Assembly (NCBI GenBank): GCA_021613535.1
Contig: CP075494.1
Coordinates: forward strand, 5,084,001-5,148,000
Direction of reading: 5' to 3'
DNA: 64,000 bases
Origin: Adineta vaga
Lineage: Eukaryota > Animalia > Rotifera
The notes beneath the pieces were generated by a model. The model searched no databases and was not told the origin of the DNA. It saw only the letters and a program-made list of their open reading frames with translations. A program made the position numbers and the translations under genes. Positions 25,501 to 37,747 of this stretch are shown in pieces; the stretch's first letter is position 1, and each line of letters begins with the position of its first letter.

Positions 25501-26279
25501 ATGCTGCTTGATCCATCGTTAGTCGACCATATACAGCTAAACAATTGAGAATATTTTATATGCCTTATATTCTATGGAAAAGAGTCTTCTGTCCTTACTT
25601 ATAACTCGTCCATCGGCAGGTACAACATCGCCTAATTTCAGACTTATGATATCTCCTGGAACAAGATCAGATGCTTCAATCACTCTCCATTCGCCGTTAC
25701 GTTTAGTTTTTGCTTCTGGTGCTAATGATGCTTGTAGTACTTTAACAGAATTGCCGGCATTTCTTTCTTCGATAAAACTGATTGTTGAATTAACAAATAG
25801 AAGCAGAATAATTCCAAGGAAGTCTTGCCAATTTGGAGGTTTGCCACCACCATTTGATAAAGCAATAGACACAATTGCTGCTATTTCCATCACCCAAGAT
25901 AATGGATTCCACATGAAAGAAAAGAACTTCAATACTGGATTTGTTTTCTTTTCTTCGATTTGATTTCGACCAAACTATAGTTACAGATTAGAAAACTAAA
26001 AGAAAGGCAAAGTAAGTTTACCTTTTCTCGTCGTTCACTAACTTGATCATCAGTTAAACCATCATGTGACGCTCTTTGAATAAAAAGAATCATGTTTCAA
26101 CACAATTTTGAAGAGAAAAAGAGTTTGGCAACATACTCGAGTAGTTTAAACAGATCTTTCTCTCCCATTTTAGAAAACTCATATTTTTCGCCTTCATATA
26201 AATCTTCGACTGTGATAGTTCGTAAAGGATTTTCTGGAATATCTATTATTATATTTTTATCAATAGATTTTTCTTCCAT
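22582..26279 (-). CDS. PMA1: P3A-type plasma-membrane H+-ATPase-like P-type ATPase, copy B (12 exons, same structure as copy A)
   Basis: Same motifs and splice sites as copy A; [36 protein letters not shown]; ends ESETTSV*. Confidence 0.92.
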
Positions 26280-29200
26280 TGTTTCACTTTTTTTCTTCGT
26301 TTGTTCCAATGTTTTTTGTACCTAAAATAACAAAGAATATAAAATGTCTTTCAAGGATATATGATCGATTATATATTGATTATTACGAAGGCTTTTGCTT
26401 TTCCTGTACTCTCTCGCGTTTTTTTTCTATCGTAGTCTGACAATCACAATAAATATAGTTGGAATATTGAAAGGTTAATCATAGTTTTTTTGTTCGAGAT
26501 TCTCATCGTTTTATATAACACCTAAATAATCAATCAAAACTTATATACACACATGATTAGATAGTTACAATTGTATACGGTTCTATTTTCAGTTTCTCTC
26601 TCCTTTAAACTAACTGCTTTCTTACATATTCTCGTAGTGTGTAATTACTTTTATTATATCTCATTGACTCTCGCGATTGATCTGAGTGACACAAGGAAAA
26701 AAAACTGAACCTAAAAATATTTAGTTGTCTTTTTGTGCTTACCTTCCTTTCTACGTGATCAAAATGTTATAAATAAGAAATGCGTTTATCATATAAATGA
26801 CAAGGTGCTTGCAGTAAAGAATCGAAATGAATCAATGTGCAGCAGTGACGATAGGTATTTTAAGTGAAGGATATATATACTGTACAAAACTGTCTAATTA
26901 TGCAGTATTTTATCTTTTGCTATAAATAGATTGTCTATTCATTTTTCAGGACATTTTCGTTCGAAATATTCTAGTTTCGATAATATTGTCCTAATCGTAC
27001 ATTCATTGTAAGACTCAATGAACCGCATTCTTACACAATTTTAAAAGCTGAAAAGCCATTAGGATATGAGGAAATTGGCTCAACAGAATATAAATTATTA
27101 ACAAAGGATGGTAGAAATTCCACTTTTAAAAAGAGATGCATTGATAAGAAAAATGAATTGAATAAGCCGAAAAATAATGAATACTGTTCATAGAGAATTT
27201 TTCAATTTATATTTGTTATGAGTTAATCTTTATTTTTGATCTTAAGTGCAGTTCAAAATTGTATTATAATACCATATACACGCATCTCACAAAGCCTAGA
27301 TTATCAATAGAGCAGATTCGAATGATATGCACTCGTTGTACACCTTGTTAATTAATGATAATATCTTTCTTTTTCGTTCTTTCGTTTATAATATAACGAT
27401 ATATATTTACATACTCATTTTTGGCCTTCAAGTTCAACAGACATTTGTTCGCTTAGGACAAATTTGAAAGATGACTCATAATTAACATCAGTATTGTACA
27501 ATTCAGTTTACAACTTCAATGGCAGGTTTGATAGACTCGTCTATCTTTTATTATGGGGTGTTTAAAGTAAAGATACAGTGAATGTCATATTCTACCTTTT
27601 AAAAAAGATCTGTACAAGTCATTCTATGTAATTCTTTAGTTAACAAGTAATTTAGGAGTAAAGAGTCAGCTTATATTCATCGAATCGCCCATAAGCCATT
27701 GTTTAACAAATGCGAGGTGTGGTTATTTGTTCCGAATACGTTTTTGGTGGGATATACAAATCAAAAAGGATGATGAATAAAAAACGTAACGTATAGGTTT
27801 GCACTCAAAGTGTATAACGAATAGAATGATTGCAAGAGTGTAAACCTGTTCTCAAAGAAAGGAAAAAAATATTTTTATTTTGAAATTTCATTCTCTTCAT
27901 TATTGAAGACATCATCACAATCTCGACTTAACCAAAGTTACTTTATAATCGTAACAAGTTCTATTTTAAAAATAAATTACTTTAATTAATAAAGTTTCAT
28001 AATTCAAAACAGTTCTGATAGAAAATTCTTAAATGAATATCCAACGACTGAATTATAAATTATTGTCTGCTCGTATCTGTACCATATCTTTCGATATAAT
28101 TTTCAAAATAAAACGTTTCATTACGTTTCGAAATGCTCTTGATATACAAATAAAGATTAAAAAAATCTTGAACCAACGGGTAGATGATGAATAAAATCAA
28201 GAATAGAAAATATAAATTTATTAATTATTTGTTCTAAATCTGTTTTCCTATTCATTTTTCATTGTTGTCATGTGAACATAATAAATATTGAGAAAAATAC
28301 TAAATAATGTAATCATTGTTATAGAAAACAATGATCTCATAACTATCAATGAATAAGGCACAAAATCGCGATAGATTGATGATTGGCCATAATAACATGG
28401 GTAATACGATGAATACACTTCCATAAGATTAAGTCTGATTAATGTGTATGAGTAGAAAAGATGAACCAAATGAAACTATTGACACTCTCAAGATGGACTA
28501 ATTGTGAATAAGTATTCATTCTTCCATGAGATAAGTAAAAAGCAACGAATAGAAATATACCGACTTTATTATCCTACAGCTTTTTTAATTTTTCGAGATG
28601 AAAATTTAAATGCGATACATAAAAGAACTATTTTCTCAAGCACATTGCTAGCCTCGAATTGTGCCACAGTAATACTCAAATGATTATCATTATTAAAATT
28701 TCCGACACTTATTAATTGCCAAACGTAAGTGAACATGTTTGTTTTACGATACATTAATTTAGAAAATTCCTAGAGTCTGTGAAGAAGAAATTACATACTA
28801 TTCAGCCTTTTTGATGTGAAATAGATTATGAATATACCAAGAACTATCAATATAAGTATGAATATCGGAAGTAGACAGATAGAAATGGAATCGAAAGATA
28901 AAAATGCAGTCTTGAAATTTTAAATCATTCATTCACTGAGACGATTACAAGACTTTTGAAAAAATTTAAACATAATTTTAATTAAAGTGTTTCCTCTTGG
29001 TTTTTCCGAATCAAATACAGAGCTTCATGCGACATTTAACGAGGAGTTTTTCAGTATTATTTATTATGGTCATGGTATAGGAGAAAATATGTATGTTTAG
29101 AGACATCCTGTTTTCATAGAGTCTTCTAAACAGCATAGTTCTCAGATTGTATTTTGATTAGGATAAATGATTCTGATGTACAATCTATTTGAGTCTCAAC

Positions 29201-29432
29201 AATATAATAATTACGAAGAAGACTTTTGTTTTTAACGTAGTTTCAAAATGACATATCTTTTGACTAATTGTGCGATAAAAGAAGAAAATCATGAGTTATT
29301 CTTTGAATTGAACGCATGAAACAAAACAACAACAAGAAAGAGAGAAAATAATTTTTTTCTCATCATTTCATAAATATTTTACCTTTTCTTTGATAATAGA
29401 TTCATTTTTTTAAAGTGAAATTGTTGTCATCA

Positions 29433-30984
29433 ATGAAATTCATAAGAGCTTCTCCAATCCTTCTGTTTCTTCTCATTTTACAATCAATTGCAGAAGATAT
29501 CCAATCAGTTCAAATGTTCATAATGAAGAATTCTAAATTTCAATGTGCTACTACAACCTGTTTACCATTTAGCAATGTGATTAAGTTGAATATTTTTGAA
29601 TGTCAAATAACTTGTTTAAATCAAATTCAATGTAATGCGATTACTTTTCATTCGTCAACGTCTAACTGTGAATTATTTGTTGATATATTGAATGAAAATG
29701 AAAACATGGTGATTGACACAAATGCTGTTACAAGGATCGTTATGACTGGAACACGACTTCCACCTGGTTAGTATAGATATAGTACTGGGAATTCTATATC
29801 TAGTTAGGAAAAGTTTTAAGGAGTTTTTTTGTTGTTTATAATGGAAAGTAAAAAGAAATTCAATACTGTGAATAGGAAAAGCAGAATAGTTTTACAATGA
29901 AATCATCAGTTGAAAAGATCATGAAGAAAAGAATAAGGCTTCTGTTGATGCAAACATCGTGTAAGAAGGGCATGTATAATAAAATATCATAGTTACATAA
30001 TGAAAGACATGATGGATCATTTAATATATTCTTCCTTGTAATGAAATTATAACCACAATTGACTTAATATTAGTAGCAAAGTAGAATTTTATATAATTCA
30101 TCTCTTTAATATTATAATGATTTTTAACTCTAGAACCAAGTGCAACTTTCGCATCAACATCAGCACTGTCATCAACGTTTACTTCAATATTCTCCTCGAC
30201 ATCAGAAGTGACAGCAAGTACAATCACAGGTACAGTAATGTAAATGAAAAAAATATATGACATATTTCAAGAGTCTTAAGCAAAGAAAGATGAAAGTTTA
30301 ATTTTAAATAATTTTGATATTTTTCAAAATATTAAAACGGTTTCCGACAGTACAACTGACTCTTCTTGGGAATATTTTCTTTTGTGGAATCTTTATTATG
30401 CAAAAGTCTTTTTTTAATACTTGTATTCATTCGTAGGTGGATTATTGCCAATCAGTCTCATGTTTATTGGAAGTATCTACGGAATATTTAATACTACAAT
30501 CGGCAGCAGCAGTTCAGCATCAACATCTGGTATTGGCCCTGGTCGATATCCTGTAAGCGACATACCATCGAACGCATTCGACCATAATGTTACAACAAAA
30601 TATGGAAATCCTGGGCCATGCTTTTCATCGCAAATACTTATTACATGCGGTTTAAATACTGGAGTATACTTCGAATTGTTACAAAGTTTAGTTATCAAAA
30701 GATTACAAATCTGCACAGGTGATGATTTTCCAGAACGCGATCCATTTATAGTGTCATTAGAAGGGAGTAACCAGACAGGAACATCTCTTATATTAGGTTC
30801 TAGCTGGTCATTAATCTATAATGGTACGAGTGGTCTTCAAACAGACCCTGGTAGACGTCTATGCGGAGTATTGCAGTCATTTAACAATTCAATTTCATAT
30901 AAAAGCTATCGATTTCTTGTTTCAGACAAGCGTGCAGCTTATAATAATGTTCAGTATTCTGAACTCTATCTATATGATGCATGA
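29433..30984 (+). CDS. Secreted protein: Apple/PAN-like domain + S/T linker + galactose-binding/F5-8-like domain; exons 29433-29766, 30134-30229, 30437-30984
   Basis: Signal peptide, CQITCLNQIQCNAITF..NCELF, two phase-1 GT-AG introns splicing in frame, NAFDHNVTTKY..RDP..SYRF..VQYSEL. Confidence 0.75.
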
Positions 30985-31177
30985 AATATGAATTGTTCCT
31001 TTTCCAATTCCGTATTCATATACTACAGTTGTACCTTTTATTTTTCTTCTTTGCTTCACTTTTTCAACGTGTAATCATGCTCTTTTCAATAACATATATA
31101 TTTGAGTATGTGAATGTGGATGAAAGCATATTTTCCCACTTTCATTCACCCTCACTCTCAAATGCACACTCATAATG

Positions 31178-32852
31178 TCAAAGATATATGTTTGTGTCTA
31201 GTGATTCAACAGCCGTTTCTCCAGCTCTACGAAAACGATGAAATTGAGAGCGTATCAGTCGAAACAACATTTCAGCAATTTCCATCAGTGAAAGAAAACT
31301 TATACCAATCCATAGACCTGTATGTCCACCTACATTAGATATAACATCAACTGGAGTAATCGTTGCTTGTTGTGAAGAAATTTCTGCTCGAGTTGTTTCA
31401 CAAACGACTTCTAAAGAAACAAAGCTAGATTCGATTTCCGATGTCCATGTTGTTGACCAATTGGTGGGTAACGGAACTTTTGATGATTCAACAAATTGTT
31501 TGATACTATTCAATAAGAACTTAGGTGGTGCTAAGAGTGAACTCGATTTGATAATAAAATCATTGTAGGTACATTCTTGTGTACAATCAGAACAGAAAAT
31601 AGGCCACATACTTTTTGTATTCATAATCTCTGTTGCTGCGTCCATATAACATGTACTTTTGAAATCACAGAGTGATATGTTGATGATTTTATTAGTATTA
31701 GGAAGTACGATAGAACGAGCACTCCAACGGTATGGTTGTCCACAACCACACTTTGTATACCTAAAATATATCAACTTCAATATAAAACTAAACATAACAT
31801 ATCGGATTTACGTATATGCTTGTATACAAGCTACAAAACATAGATACAGCGAATATCCATAGTCAGTATCATGATATTCATTGAACATAGCTTGCATTCC
31901 AAGATTCAGTTTATCATTACATGTTGTATACGGTGCAGGCAAAAATGTATTGATCTTTTTTGCATATCCTAGTTTGTGATGCTTGCCAGGAGCAAGATGC
32001 ATTGCTGCTAGTTCGATAAGAGGCAACTGAGCATTGTCATGAACTAATGCCACCATACCTACACCTATGCATTACGCAAACAAACAAACAAACATCGAAA
32101 TCAAAGTTCATTCTTTCCATCCTACCATTGGACAAATATGGAACATATTGATGTTGATGAATATAAAAGCGCATCTCCAGAAGACCACTATATCCGTTCT
32201 CAGCATTGTATTTCAGACCAGTTTGACCCGTCGTTTTCATCAAAGCATTGAATGTGTAACACAGACCAAAGTTTGGTGACAGAAACCAAGTGAAATTAGC
32301 TGATGTGCATGACATACCATTGTATACACATGACATCATCATCGAATCAAGTGAATAGAACATATCAGTCAATGATTCGTTTCGATTAAGTTTATAGATT
32401 AGAAAATCTTGAATATGCAAAGCTTGTTGGATAGTGAAATTAGATGTGTCAGTTGTATTTGTGAGATTCAATGCATTTGTATAGTTTAGAAAAGGGCCAA
32501 TAAATCGATCGTATCGAAGTGGAGAATAATTGCAAACAGTCACAGCAGGAAATACTTGAGGCCATTCCAAAATAACTGTAACGGATGTTTGTGTTGGATA
32601 TTCGAAATATGCACGAATGGATTGAGTGACAAAGTAAATCATTATACCAGAGAAAATAAGTGATGATACAATCCAAAATATACGATTGGGAATCGTTTCA
32701 CTTCGTGCAATGCCTGGTATGCCATGTGTTGATGTATTTAAACTGAAATCCTGGACGATTGAGCCAACTCGTCGGCGTTTCTGATCTGATTTGGGTTGTT
32801 GAGGATTGATAGGACAAGTAGCTGCTATGTGATGAATTGTTTCATTGGTCAT
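31178..32852 (-). CDS. DEG/ENaC (ASIC-like) amiloride-sensitive cation channel, copy 1; exons 32852-32126, 32064-31812, 31760-31178
   Basis: TSTHG gating motif, TM1, FPAVTVCN, GLCYTFN, Cys-rich thumb, and TM2 ISNVGGHTGLWIGISF. Confidence 0.92.
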
Positions 32853-34205
32853 ATTTGTTATCGTAGTCAAACTCAATTTTAAGAGATTAGAACGGTATGC
32901 TTCGATCGAAGAGTAGTTACTTTGTGAAACACGGTCTAAAAGAGAATTTTGAACTGTTTAAGGGCAGAAATTTGGACCCACCTCTTCCCCCCTCCCCGTC
33001 TACAGACGCAACCGATACTTTTGAAGGTTCCATTACTAGCATGACCAAAAGAGTCAAAAATACTTTCCAGATATGACCGTAACATTGAAAAATTCGTCAC
33101 GCAGAGGTATAACCTAGACATCTAATCACTAACGCTCTCAATCTTAATTTTAATAAGCAATGTTTTCTCGATTTATTGATGATAAATTTCATTTGCAATT
33201 TGATAGAAACAAGTTTATCGTGTTTCACGTTTTTAATCCCGCAGGGATTGCGCTGGAAGTTTTTAACATACTGATTCATAAATAATTGATCCAGAAAAAT
33301 ATTGCCATATAATGAAAATATTTATTCTACGTTACTGTTGCTTTTTACCTCTCCATATTTATCGTGATCTTATGCATGGCAGAATATTTAAGTACTATAA
33401 TATTTGTAGTTGATGCAGCTGCCAGGTAATGTGATCAAACAAAATTGATTAAGTATTTTCATATTACGATCATTTTTTTAATAACAGCAAATTTATGAGT
33501 TGGTATATATCAAATATACTCTTTAGTGATACATTCCTTGTTCTGAAAACATTCATGAATCAATGACTCGCTTTCTTTTAGTACGGAAAGACGAATAGAA
33601 AATATATATATAATCAGGTGTGTTTTTTTTCGAGCAATAAAGAAGATACACATAACATAATTATAACTATTTTGAAAATGGGTCACTTGTGTGCACACGT
33701 ATGTAATTACGACACATTTAATAAAAGCACTGTAAGCGAATGTAATGAAGAACATTTGCATCTCCAGACTCTCAAAATAATTTACGAAACCTTTTAATAG
33801 AAAACCATGGAGATAACATGCGATGTAAACTTTTTCATTACAAAGTTCTGTTATTGGATTAATTGGAATAGTTCTATCAGTTTAGTGGGAACAAGCTAAA
33901 TCAAATAGGGATAGTGTTACAGTTCTATTCCATGAATATGATGAACATGTTGTCATCATCATCATCATCACTCGTGCAATGCATATTTCTTCGACTCCCC
34001 ATTCCCTTGTATTCTTTGTTATGTATGTATAAAATATCTGAGGAGTTTTCATAAAAGTCAAGGCTTATCGTTATTCAAACTTTCCATCATATTCTCACAA
34101 GATCAACAGCAAAAGATAAAACAGAAAAAAATGAACACCATATATGCTGAAAATGGATACAGTCATATTTTTTCATCCATACAGTTCGAATGAATATTCA
34201 TCAAG

Positions 34206-35880
34206 TCAAAGATATATGTTTGTTTCTGGTGATTCAACAGTAACTTCTTTGGCTCGACGGAAACGATGAAATTGAGAGCGTATCAGTCGAAACAGCATTT
34301 CAGCAATTTCCATCAGTGAAAGAAAACTTATACCAATCCATAGACCTGTATGTCCACCTACATTAGATATAACATCAACTGGAGTAATCGTTGCTTGTTG
34401 TGAAGAAATGTCTGTTCGAGTTGTTTCATATACAACTTCCAAAGAAACAAAGCTAGATTCGATTTCCGATGTCCATGTTGTTGACCAATTGGTGGGTAAC
34501 GGAACTTTTGATGATTCAACAAATTGTTTGATACCATTCAATAAGAACTTAGGTGGTGCTAAGAGTGAACTCGATTTGATGATAAAATCATTGTAGGTAC
34601 ATTCTTGTGTACAATCAGGACAGAATGCAGTCCAAATACTTTTTGTATTCATAATCTCTGTTGCTGCGTCCACATAGCATCTATTTTTGAAATCACAGAG
34701 CGGTATATTGATGGTTTTATTCGTATTAGGTAGTACGATCGAACGAGAATTCCAACGGTATGGTTGTCCACAACCACACTTTGTATACCTAAAATATATC
34801 AACTTCAATATAGAATCAAACATAACATATCGAACTTACGTGTATGCTTGTATACAAGCAGCATAACATAGATACAGCGAATATCCATAGTCAGTATCAT
34901 GATATTCATTGAACATAGCTTGCATTCCAAGATTCAGTTTATCATTACATGTTGTGTATGGTGCGGGTAAAAATGTATTGATCTTTTTTGCATATCCTAG
35001 TTTGTGATGCTTGCCAGGAGCAAGTTGCATTGCTGCTAGTTCGATAAGAGGCAACTGAGCATTGTCATGAACTAATGCCACCATACCTACACCTATGCAT
35101 TACGCAAACAAACAAACAAACATCGAAATCAAAGTTCATTCTTTCCATCCTACCATTGGACAAATATGGAACATATTGATGTTGATGAATATAAAAGCGC
35201 ATCTCCAGAAGACCACTATATCCGTTCTCAGCATTGTATTTCAGACCAGTTTGACCCGTCGTTTTCATCAAAGCATTGAATGTGTAACACAGACCAAAGT
35301 TTGGTGACAGAAACCAAGTGAAATTAGCTGATGTGCATGACATACCATTGTATACACATGACATCATCATCGAATCAAGTGAATAGAACATATCAGTCAA
35401 TGATTCGTTTCGATTAAGTTTATAGATTAGAAAATCTTGAATATGCAAAGCTTGTTGGATAGTGAAATTAGATGTGTCAGTTGTATTTGTGAGATTCAAT
35501 GCATTTGTATAGTTTAGAAAAGGGCCAATAAATCGATCGTATCGAAGTGGAGAATAGTTACAAACAGTCACAGCAGGAAATACTTGAGGCCATTCCAAAA
35601 TGACTGTAACGGATGTCTGTGTTGGATATTCGAAATATGCACGAATGGATTGAGTGACAAAGTAAATCATTATACCAGAGAAAATAAGTGATGATACAAT
35701 CCAAAATATACGATTGGGAATCGTTTCACTTCGTGCAATGCCTGGTATGCCATGTGTTGATGTATTTAAACTGAAATCCTGGACGATTGAGCCAACTCGT
35801 CGGCGTTTCTGATCTGATTTGGGTTGTTGAGGATTGATAGGACAAGTAGCTGCTATGTGATGAATTGTTTCATTGGTCAT
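34206..35880 (-). CDS. DEG/ENaC cation channel, copy 2 (3 exons, offset 3028 bp)
   Basis: Same motifs and splice sites; exon 1 protein is identical to copy 1. Confidence 0.92.
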
Positions 35881-37747
35881 ATTTGTTATCGTAGTCAAAC
35901 TCAATGTATATATGAATAAAATTAGTCGATCTAATAGATATCAGAAGTAAAGTTTGATGACAATTCATCATATAAAATCAAGAAATTCACTGCGAAGGAT
36001 AAATTATCACACATATTTGCGAGTGTCCGCACTGATAAGTATTGTTTTATCAATACTATATGTGAGTTTTACAGACAAAATATTCGCATTGCAAAATAGA
36101 ACAACTAATTTCGATCAAGTAAATACTTACTATTACATGCTTCGTGTGTGCGAGAAATGAGTGCAATACTTAGTAGGTATCTGAATATAGGAATAGATAT
36201 GATGGTAGGCAAAATTTTCGACGTATAGATCGATTCTCTTTCTTTTGCTCCTCATAGAAAAATCAACTTCGTAAAAGAAAATGAATTGACAGCATACATT
36301 TTCCCTAAAAAAGAGAGCAATGTCATGAAAATTTATAATTTCTTTTCGTTCTATACTTCTTACATTTCAAAATATGCTTTGAAAATAGGCAATTTGTCTG
36401 ATTAAAAATTCCTCTAAATTAAAAAGGAGAAAATGACTTTCAATAAGTGCAAAGCGAGTATTTTTTCTCTGAGAAGAAAAAAATCTATCATATAAATTAA
36501 TCTTCATTAGGAGTGAAGTTTTATGAATAACTATATGTTAAATATAAGCTGTTATATGAATATACTATATTATAGTATTGTAAATTAAAGATAAACGAAA
36601 TAATGGTAATTATCTTCGACATGTGTATACGATGGGGTAGATTTCGTGATACATACAAGTATATAGTAATAATATGTATTGAATAAAAATTCTAAGATGC
36701 TTTTCTATTATGTGCTTTTTCTTGTATGTAATAGTTACGGATGCATAGATTGATTTTTTTAAAATTATTTCAACGAAAACAACGAATAATTAATTGAAAT
36801 CTGCATGTATATCGATATTTTGTATTTGTCCGTGCAAAAAATCTTAATGAGTACGATGCTATCAAAAATACATGTCACTAATGCATATTTCGATCTCTTT
36901 TTTCCGCTGTAATGATCGTCGACACATATGCCATTTTCTCTACCTTAAAAAAAATAATTATCTGCTGGGTAAACGAATCCATGTCCGTGGAAATCTGATG
37001 CAAAAAATATGACATTTGAACTATTTATAATTGAATTAACAAAGGTTCTAATAACTAGCTAACACAATAATATTTTATGCATAAGAGGAAGATTCTATGA
37101 TTTTCATCGATTGTGCAATACCTATCTATTCTACTATCATTGCCTTGTATGGTTGTCATATATGAGTCATCCTCTGCTATCGGATGGTATTACATAGTAG
37201 CCATCATATCAAACAGCATATATAATCGACTAACTATTCTTTTCTTCTGTTGTACTTTTTCTTTCGTATTTAGAACGACATAGTATTATAGGGAAGATTT
37301 GTTTTATAATTGAGAGCAGACGCGTATGCGGATATTGTATTGATTTTATATTGATTTAATCGTTTTTGGTATCGATCGAATCGGCAATATTAAAATAATC
37401 TTTATTATGAGAAGAAAATCATTCCCTATATTCTTCAAATGAGTGTTTTTATCGATAGAAAAAGATTTATTTAGAAGATATTAATCTTTTATACGTTGCT
37501 GCATGATGACATCTAGTTATGCGCAACAAAACACAATCCAAAACGAGAGAAGAAAAAGAAAAAAAAATGTGCGATTCATTTGCTGTCACATGATCGTTTT
37601 TCTTTCTTTTTTTCTTCTTCTTCTATCCCTTATTTGCTAGGCATAAGGTACGTTCGTTCTCTTTTATTGACTTAAATCAAAATAACAAAATATATCAATT
37701 CCGTTTCTCCTAGCTTTTGTCGTCATTTCAGATTAGTTATTGATCGC

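Noticed and set aside
28569-28754. FG-GAP/VCBS-like fragment (VGNFNNDNHLSITVA)
   Set aside because: Single degenerate repeat with no recoverable gene model.
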